DNA of 64,000 bases from Nitrospirota bacterium (GTDB lineage: Bacteria > Nitrospirota > JACRHJ01): positions 28,703 to 92,702 of the forward strand of contig JBARKJ010000042.1 in NCBI GenBank assembly GCA_049801375.1, written 5' to 3'. Each line of letters opens with the position of its first letter. Position 1 is the first letter of the stretch. Both the position numbers and the translations under genes were made by a program. The notes under the pieces are model-generated. The model ran no database searches, had not been told where the DNA came from, and was given only the letters and a program-made list of their open reading frames with translations. This document shows positions 58,408-64,000 of this stretch, piece by piece.

Positions 58408-59676
58408 TTACGGTTTCGTGATTTTTACGCTTCCAATCTTCCTCTCATCCATCTCAAGCACTTCAAATTTCAATTCCTTGTATTTCAGGGTCTCGCCAGG
58501 GTGGGGCATCCTGCCGAAAAGCCCGAAGACGAAGCCTCCGATGGTGTTAAAGTCCTTTGACTGGATGTTTATCCCCGTCTCCTTGCTCACCTCATCGAGG
58601 TCGGCGGCGCCTGATACAACGAAGTTCTTCTCGTCGACTATCTGGACTTCGCTCTCCTCCCTGTCGAACTCGTCGTGTATGGAGCCGACTATTTCCTCCA
58701 GCAGGTCTTCGAGCGTTATAAGCCCGGCCGTGCCGCCGTACTCGTCTATGACGATGACCATCTGTATCTTCTGGTCCTGCATCTCCGTAAGGAGTTCCCG
58801 TACCCTCTTTGTCTCCGGGATGAAATAAGCCGGCCGGACCATTCTTTTTATTGTATCATTTTCATCCAGTTCGCCGCGGGATAATGCGATAACCAGATCT
58901 TTTACATAAAGGACGCCCTGCACATCGTCCACGGATTCCTCGATTACCGGATAACGTGAATGCCCGTGCTCCGCCACGAGGGAAAGCGCTTCCGAGACCT
59001 TCGCGTCGTTAGGGATAGAGATTATCTCCGTCCTCGGGCGCATGGCCTCAAGGGCAAGGGTATCGCCGAACTCGAATACCTTGTGGAGCATTGCCTTTTC
59101 CTCCACGTCCAGCGCGCCCTCCTCCTGCCCTATGGATATTATAGCCTTTATCTCGTCCTCGGTCACGAAAGGCGATTTCTCCACCTTTCCGCCCAACAGC
59201 CTGATAATCACATTGGTAACGCTGGTAAAAACCCAGACGATTGGATGCATCAGGGTTATGACAAATTCCATCGGCCTGGCAACCATAAGCGCCACCCGCG
59301 AGGCGTTGGAGGCGGCAAATGTCTTTGGAGTTATCTCGCCGAACATGACGATGAAGACCGTCATTACGACCGAGGCGATCACCGTTACTGGCCGGTATGC
59401 CGGGAAAAGAGATATGGCGAGCGCGGTGCCCAGGGAGGATGCCAGGATTATAAAGAAGTTTTCCGTAAGGAGTATGGTGCCGAAAAGCCTGCCGTGCTCC
59501 TCCCTTATCCTCTGGACCGATTTGGCGTTCGGGTTCCCTTTCTCCACCATGCTTCTTATCCGAAGACGGTTGACTGAGATCAACGCCGCCTCGGAGCTGG
59601 AGAAAAAGGCCACGAACAAAACGCATATTACGATGATTATAATGCTCAGAACGGGGGGGATTGCCAGCGATTCCAT
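58408..59676 (-). CDS. CNNM/CorC-HlyC family transporter (DUF21 + CBS pair + CorC_HlyC)
   Basis: 422 aa. The N-terminal 4-TM DUF21 is followed by tandem CBS domains and the C-terminal transporter-associated domain. Confidence 0.8.
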   Translation of the reverse strand: MESLAIPPVLSIIIIVICVLFVAFFSSSEAALISVNRLRIRSMVEKGNPNAKSVQRIREEHGRLFGTILLTENFFIILASSLGTALAISLFPAYRPVTVIASVVMTVFIVMFGEITPKTFAASNASRVALMVARPMEFVITLMHPIVWVFTSVTNVIIRLLGGKVEKSPFVTEDEIKAIISIGQEEGALDVEEKAMLHKVFEFGDTLALEAMRPRTEIISIPNDAKVSEALSLVAEHGHSRYPVIEESVDDVQGVLYVKDLVIALSRGELDENDTIKRMVRPAYFIPETKRVRELLTEMQDQKIQMVIVIDEYGGTAGLITLEDLLEEIVGSIHDEFDREESEVQIVDEKNFVVSGAADLDEVSKETGINIQSKDFNTIGGFVFGLFGRMPHPGETLKYKELKFEVLEMDERKIGSVKITKP

Positions 59677-59804
59677 TTACTCCTCTTGCCATTTTCCAAA
59701 AAAACGAAGGGGCGCAAGAATCTTACGCCCCATCCCTTGCTGCGATTTTAAAATTATAGCATAACAACATAATTTTTTTAATAAAAAAATACTTTCGGCA
59801 TATC

Positions 59805-59837
59805 TTTTTGCATATTTCCAGATGAAATATGCAAAAA
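59805..59837. promoter_or_regulatory. Perfect 14-bp inverted repeat (operator-like) in the divergent CNNM / H-NOX-like intergenic region
   Basis: TTTTTGCATATTTC-cagat-GAAATATGCAAAAA. No adjacent T-run, so it is not a terminator. It sits about 108 nt upstream of the H-NOX-like start and about 130 nt upstream of the CNNM start. Confidence 0.4.
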
Positions 59838-59944
59838 TAAATAAAACTAATATTTTTATTTTATTTGACAAAATATTAAATGTACTATATTAATTTATTA
59901 ATCCATTTTAATCTTAGAGAAAACCATCATGAGAAAGGAGCGAG

Positions 59945-60526
59945 ATGAAGGAATTAGTCGGAGGGATGCTGAATGGGATGAAGGACGTGCTGGCTGCGAA
60001 AGCCGGTGAGGGCTCATTGGAGAAAATTTTAATGCATTCCGGTATAACCGATTTTTCGGTCCTCGATTCGCCCGAAATCCCGGCAAAGGCACTATTGGAA
60101 GTACTGGAAAACCTTTGTAGAACGTTAAATATTCCACTTGGAGAGACCGCGGAAGTCTATGGCGAGCACTGGTTCAGGCATTATATCCCCAGGATTACGC
60201 CCTATCTCGGGGCGGATATTAATAACTCCAGATCTTTTTTATTAAAATTAAACGAGATACACTCGCTGTCCCCGACCGACGGCAAGACCCTCCCGTTTTT
60301 TCATTATAACTGGAAGGATGAGAACACGCTGATGCTGAGCTGCATCGGCTTCGACGAATGGGAAGACCTGCCCTACTACCTCTTTAAGGGCATGGTCAGC
60401 GGAGTGGCGAAATTCTATAACGAAGACCTGCGGATATTCACGGGCCCTTCAAATGACTTCATCATAATTTTCCCGGAATGCGAAATCAAAAGAAGGAAAG
60501 TCCGACAAGCAGGAAGCTCGAATTAA
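59945..60526 (+). CDS. H-NOX (heme NO/O2-binding, HNOB)-like domain protein; conserved proximal His, but the YxSxR propionate motif is absent
   Basis: 193 aa. The alpha-F helix signature LGADINNSRSFLLKLNEIHSLS aligns with sGC/Tt H-NOX LGxNxxxFLxNLDxLHxxL. The conserved Pro in TLPFF follows. Where the YxSxR motif would be, the sequence reads LMLSCIGFDE. The RBS aggag sits 5 nt upstream. Confidence 0.5.
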   Translation: MKELVGGMLNGMKDVLAAKAGEGSLEKILMHSGITDFSVLDSPEIPAKALLEVLENLCRTLNIPLGETAEVYGEHWFRHYIPRITPYLGADINNSRSFLLKLNEIHSLSPTDGKTLPFFHYNWKDENTLMLSCIGFDEWEDLPYYLFKGMVSGVAKFYNEDLRIFTGPSNDFIIIFPECEIKRRKVRQAGSSN

Positions 60527-61094
60527 TGCTCGAGTTGGGGGCTTTTATATGGGCGTTGGAGATGTGCCTATAGCGGTACTGGATGTTTATGGCCCGCTTA
60601 TCGTCCAGGAAATACTGCACTCCGAGCCCGGTCTGGATTATGAAATTGAAATCCGTCCCCTGCACCTGGTGCCCTATCGGCTCGTAAATCGCCCCAAAGC
60701 CAAACGTCGAATAGGGCGACCACCTGCTTTGAAGAGCTGTGAAGTTGTACTTGAAACCGGCAAACGAAAGCCCTGCCTCAACCTTTCCGTTCGGGTGCGT
60801 TATCACCCCCACTACTGGCTCCGCCTGGTACTGGACCAGGCCCCGGAAAAATGAAGTCCCCATTTCTTTTTTTGTCAGGAGAATAGATAACGACGGCATG
60901 AATACCGCGTCCTCTATGCACGGCTGGACGGCGTGGTGGTCCATAGCCCAGCCATACCCGGCTAAAAAGCCGATTTCATAGGGGCTTTTGAGGAAGATGT
61001 CTTTAGAATCCAGGTCCGCGGCGAAGGCGGGAGTCGCCGTAATGGCAAAAAGAAGTGCGACTAAAAAAAATTTTCGCATAAAGTGTTTAAACAC
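60486..61094 (-). CDS. PagL-like outer-membrane lipid A deacylase / acyloxyacyl hydrolase family beta-barrel
   Basis: 202 aa. The signal peptide is FLVALLFAITATPAFA. The 8-strand-like body has the C-terminal ...YRYRHISNAHIKAPNSSINS (His/Ser pair of PagL) and ends in ...VGLSFF. Confidence 0.5.
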   Translation of the reverse strand: MFKHFMRKFFLVALLFAITATPAFAADLDSKDIFLKSPYEIGFLAGYGWAMDHHAVQPCIEDAVFMPSLSILLTKKEMGTSFFRGLVQYQAEPVVGVITHPNGKVEAGLSFAGFKYNFTALQSRWSPYSTFGFGAIYEPIGHQVQGTDFNFIIQTGLGVQYFLDDKRAINIQYRYRHISNAHIKAPNSSINSSFLLVGLSFF

Positions 61095-61099
61095 CCCCC

Positions 61100-62035
61100 C
61101 TATACTCCCAATTTTTTCTTGAAATAATCGAGCGTCTTGAGTAAACCTTCTTCAAGCCCCACCTTCGGCTCCCAGCCAAGCAGTGCTTTTGCCTTGGTTA
61201 TGTCCGGCTGGCGGACCTTCGGGTCGTCCTCCGGCAGAGGCTTGAATACAATTTTGCTCTTGGAGCCGGTAATTTTAACGATAGTCTCCGCCATCTGAAG
61301 CACGCTCATCTCCGCGGGGTTTCCGATATTTACCGGCGTGTCCACGTCCGAGAACAAAAGCCTTGTAATCCCATCGACTTCATCTGAAACGTAGCAGAAA
61401 CTCCTGGTCTGAGAGCCGTCGCCGTAAACGGTAATATCTTCATTTTTAAGGGCCTGACACATGAAATTCGGCACCGCCCGGCCGTCCCGTATCCTCATTC
61501 TTGGGCCATAGGTGTTGAATATCCGCACGATACGGGTTTTGACCCCGTGGTAACGGTGATACCCCATCGTCATGGCCTCGGAAAAACGCTTCGCCTCGTC
61601 GTAGACTCCCCTGGGACCGATGGGGTTCACGTTCCCCCAGTAGTCTTCGGTCTGCGGATGAATGAGAGGGTCTCCATAGACTTCGGAGGTGGAAGCGATC
61701 AGGAATACCGCGCCCTTTTCCTTTGCCAGCCCCAGGGCCTTGTGCGTGCCCAGGGAACCGACCTTCAGCGTCTGGATGGGCAGTTCCAGGTAATCTATCG
61801 GCGATGCCGGAGAAGCGAAATGCAGGATATAGTCCAGCGGACCATCCACGAACAGGTAATTCGTGACGTCGTATTTCATAAAGGTGAACCTGTCGCTCTT
61901 GATATGCGAGATATTCGCGACGTCGCCGGTGATCAAATTATCAACGCAGATTACCTCGTGCCCGTCCGCCAGAAACCGGTCAGCCAGGTGAGAGCCAATG
62001 AAGCCCGCCCCGCCGGTAATTAGTATCCTTGCCAC
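61100..62035 (-). CDS. UDP-glucuronate decarboxylase (UDP-xylose synthase), extended SDR
   Basis: 311 aa. It has [22 protein letters not shown] and the YDEAK catalytic motif. The match to UXS/ArnA C-terminal domain homologs is close. Confidence 0.8.
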   Translation of the reverse strand: MARILITGGAGFIGSHLADRFLADGHEVICVDNLITGDVANISHIKSDRFTFMKYDVTNYLFVDGPLDYILHFASPASPIDYLELPIQTLKVGSLGTHKALGLAKEKGAVFLIASTSEVYGDPLIHPQTEDYWGNVNPIGPRGVYDEAKRFSEAMTMGYHRYHGVKTRIVRIFNTYGPRMRIRDGRAVPNFMCQALKNEDITVYGDGSQTRSFCYVSDEVDGITRLLFSDVDTPVNIGNPAEMSVLQMAETIVKITGSKSKIVFKPLPEDDPKVRQPDITKAKALLGWEPKVGLEEGLLKTLDYFKKKLGV

Positions 62036-62055
62036 TTTAGCCTCCTTTTAGCGTT

Positions 62056-63360
62056 TTAATGCCTGCCGACGCATGCGTATCTGAAACCTTCCGCCCTCAT
62101 CTTCGACGGCTCGTAGACATTCCTCAGGTCTATGACTATGGGGCTTTTCATGCTGTGCTTGAGCTTCTGCAGGTCCAGTATACGGAACTGGTTCCACTCG
62201 GTCATGAACACCAGGGCGTCCGCCCCCTCCGCGCACGAATAAGAGCCGTCGCAGTACGTGATATCAGGCAGGAATTTCTTCGCCTCTTCCATCGCCACCG
62301 GGTCGTACGCGCGGACTGAGGCGCCTTCTTTTTGAAGGGCCTGTATTATGACCACGGAAGGCGCATCCCGCATGTCGTCGGTGTTCGGCTTGAACGAAAG
62401 CCCCAGCACCGCGATGGTTTTCCCTGCAAGGCTGCCGCCCAGAACGCCGCGTATTTTATCCACCATCTTCATCCGCTGTGCGTAGTTCACGTCCAGCACC
62501 GCCTGAACTATCTTGAAATCATATCCGTGTTCCCTGGCTATCTGTACGATGGCCTGGGTATCTTTCGGAAAACAGGAGCCGCCGAAACCGGGGCCAGGAT
62601 GCAGGAACTTTGAGCCGATGCGGTTGTCCAGCCCCATGCCCACCGCCACCTTGTGCACATCCGCCCTCACCAGTTCGCAGATGTTGGCTATCTCGTTTAT
62701 GAAAGATATCTTGGTGGCAAGGAAGGCGTTGGAGGCGTATTTTATCATCTCGGCCGTCGCCACATTCGTCAGTACGAAAGGGGTCTCGATGAGGTAGAGC
62801 GGGCTGTACAGGTCCTTCATGATCGCCATCGCCTGGTCGGAGTCCGCGCCGATTACTACTCTGTTCGGGTGCATGAAGTCCTCTATCGCCGAACCCTCGC
62901 GAAGGAACTCCGGGTTTGATACGATATCGAAATCAACCTTCTCGCGCTGGCTCTGGCTGATTATGGCGCGTATTTTCTCTCCCGTCCCGACTGGGACCGT
63001 GCTCTTGGTAACTACCACCTTATAGCCGTTCATGTTCTGGGCGATGCTCTCGGCCACCTTTTCCACGTATGAGAGGTCCGCGGAGCCGTCATCCCTGGGC
63101 GGCGTCCCCACGGCGATGAAAACCACCAGCGCCTTCTGTACCGCCTCTGCCAGGTTGGAAGTGAATGAGATATGCCCCTCCTTCACGTTCTTCTTGACCA
63201 TCTCCTCAAGTCCCGGCTCGTATATCGGTATTATGCCCTGCTTCAGGTCGGCTATTTTCTTTTCGTCGTTATCGACGCAGGTTACCTTCAGTCCGAATTC
63301 AGCAAAGCAGGCGCCCGTGACAAGCCCTACGTAGCCGGATCCAACGACACATATATTCAT
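62056..63360 (-). CDS. ugd: UDP-glucose 6-dehydrogenase
   Basis: 434 aa. It has ICVVGSGYVGLV and the catalytic Cys in GFGGSCFPKD. Confidence 0.85.
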   Translation of the reverse strand: MNICVVGSGYVGLVTGACFAEFGLKVTCVDNDEKKIADLKQGIIPIYEPGLEEMVKKNVKEGHISFTSNLAEAVQKALVVFIAVGTPPRDDGSADLSYVEKVAESIAQNMNGYKVVVTKSTVPVGTGEKIRAIISQSQREKVDFDIVSNPEFLREGSAIEDFMHPNRVVIGADSDQAMAIMKDLYSPLYLIETPFVLTNVATAEMIKYASNAFLATKISFINEIANICELVRADVHKVAVGMGLDNRIGSKFLHPGPGFGGSCFPKDTQAIVQIAREHGYDFKIVQAVLDVNYAQRMKMVDKIRGVLGGSLAGKTIAVLGLSFKPNTDDMRDAPSVVIIQALQKEGASVRAYDPVAMEEAKKFLPDITYCDGSYSCAEGADALVFMTEWNQFRILDLQKLKHSMKSPIVIDLRNVYEPSKMRAEGFRYACVGRH

Positions 63361-63465
63361 CTATAAAGGGCCCTCCGATAAAAGAAATGGATATAATTAA
63401 CCGCTGGTTCTTAGACAGAATAGCACAAATTAAAAAAATTTTATTTAATCCGCGTTTCTGAACTT

Positions 63466-64000
63466 TTAAACGTCTCTGTGTTTCAAATAATCTTTCAGGG
63501 CCTCTTCCCAATACCGGGGACGGTGTCCGGTGACATCTTCGTATTTCTTTTTGGAAATGACCGAATATGCCGGGCGAAGCGCCGGCCTTCCAAGTTCCGC
63601 TGTGGTAACAGGCTTCACCGTTATTCCCTCCACCCCGTGCAGCCTGAGTATCTCCTTCGCGTACTCAAACCATGAGCAGTGCCCGTTATTGGCGGCGTGG
63701 AAAATACCGGAGGCGTCCACCTCGACAAGTCTCGTCAGGGCATCCGCCAGGTCCACCGTATACGTCGGGTTGCCGACCTGGTCCGAAACGACAGACAGCT
63801 CGTCCTTCTTTCCTATCTGCGCTAGTATGGCCTCCACGAAATTGGGACCGTTCTTGCCAAAGAGCCAGGAAGTCCGCACTATCAACGCATCGGGGAGGAC
63901 TTTTAAAACTTCCTGTTCCCCTTTCAGCTTCGATTGTCCATAAACGTTCAGCGGCCCGACAGGGTCCGTCTCGACGTAAGGCTCTGTTTTTTTACCGTCG
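63466..64000 (-). CDS. rfbD: dTDP-4-dehydrorhamnose reductase; the N-terminal portion lies beyond the right window edge
   Basis: The reading frame stays open to position 64000, and ...YGQSKLKGEQEVLKVLPDALIVRTSWLFG...NNGHCSWFEYA matches the RmlD YGxSKxxGE catalytic region. The TTG shown in the ORF track is internal. Confidence 0.75.
   Translation of the reverse strand, partial: DGKKTEPYVETDPVGPLNVYGQSKLKGEQEVLKVLPDALIVRTSWLFGKNGPNFVEAILAQIGKKDELSVVSDQVGNPTYTVDLADALTRLVEVDASGIFHAANNGHCSWFEYAKEILRLHGVEGITVKPVTTAELGRPALRPAYSVISKKKYEDVTGHRPRYWEEALKDYLKHRDV

Overview
This is a 64 kb, GC-rich chromosomal segment. Its gene content suggests an anaerobic Deltaproteobacteria-like organism, which is my inference. 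About 60 protein genes are packed tightly, and all but four are on the minus strand. I found no transposase, integrase, CRISPR array or other mobile element, and the window contains only core metabolic and signalling genes. From left to right the content is:
- a partial MacB-type ABC ATPase with a MacA-like membrane-fusion protein;
- a Cys-rich GAF sensor kinase;
- an SDR epimerase, a Wza-like polysaccharide export protein and a divergent orphan histidine kinase;
- a complete Frz/Wsp-like alternative chemosensory cluster (CheW, CheR-TPR, CheW, MCP, CheA-REC, CheB) that ends in a hybrid REC-HisKA-HATPase-REC kinase;
- kdpFABC-OMP-kdpDE, with an unusually long KdpC, an outer-membrane beta-barrel inside the operon and an extra 31-aa peptide upstream of kdpF;
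- a tRNA-Val-like remnant;
- an 851-aa PEP-utilizing-enzyme homolog;
- a sensor kinase and a sigma54 module (NtrB-like kinase, NtrC-like activator, a near-consensus -24/-12 promoter, a small USP/DsrE-like protein, a TauE/SafE permease and a secreted DUF protein);
- a nitroreductase, an isochorismatase-like protein, tRNA-Asp(GTC), an ICMT-like methyltransferase and TldD;
- leuA-leuC-leuD-leuB-asd, with a conserved hairpin that shows compensatory base changes ahead of leuA and leuD;
- ilvD-ilvB-ilvN-ilvC-psd-pssA;
- DUF465, rimI-like, an isochorismatase-family hydrolase (+), tsaB and fabF;
- a tightly coupled mdh / UbiE-like methyltransferase / Fe-S U32 (UbiU/V-like) / Coq10-like SRPBCC module, which I propose is an O2-independent quinone or lipid modification unit;
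- a CNNM/CorC transporter;
- an H-NOX-like protein (+) that lacks the heme-propionate YxSxR motif, with a perfect 14-bp inverted repeat in its upstream region;
- a PagL-like outer-membrane protein, UDP-xylose synthase, UDP-glucose dehydrogenase and a partial rmlD.
All calls rest on reading the supplied translations and the DNA by eye. No database searches were run.
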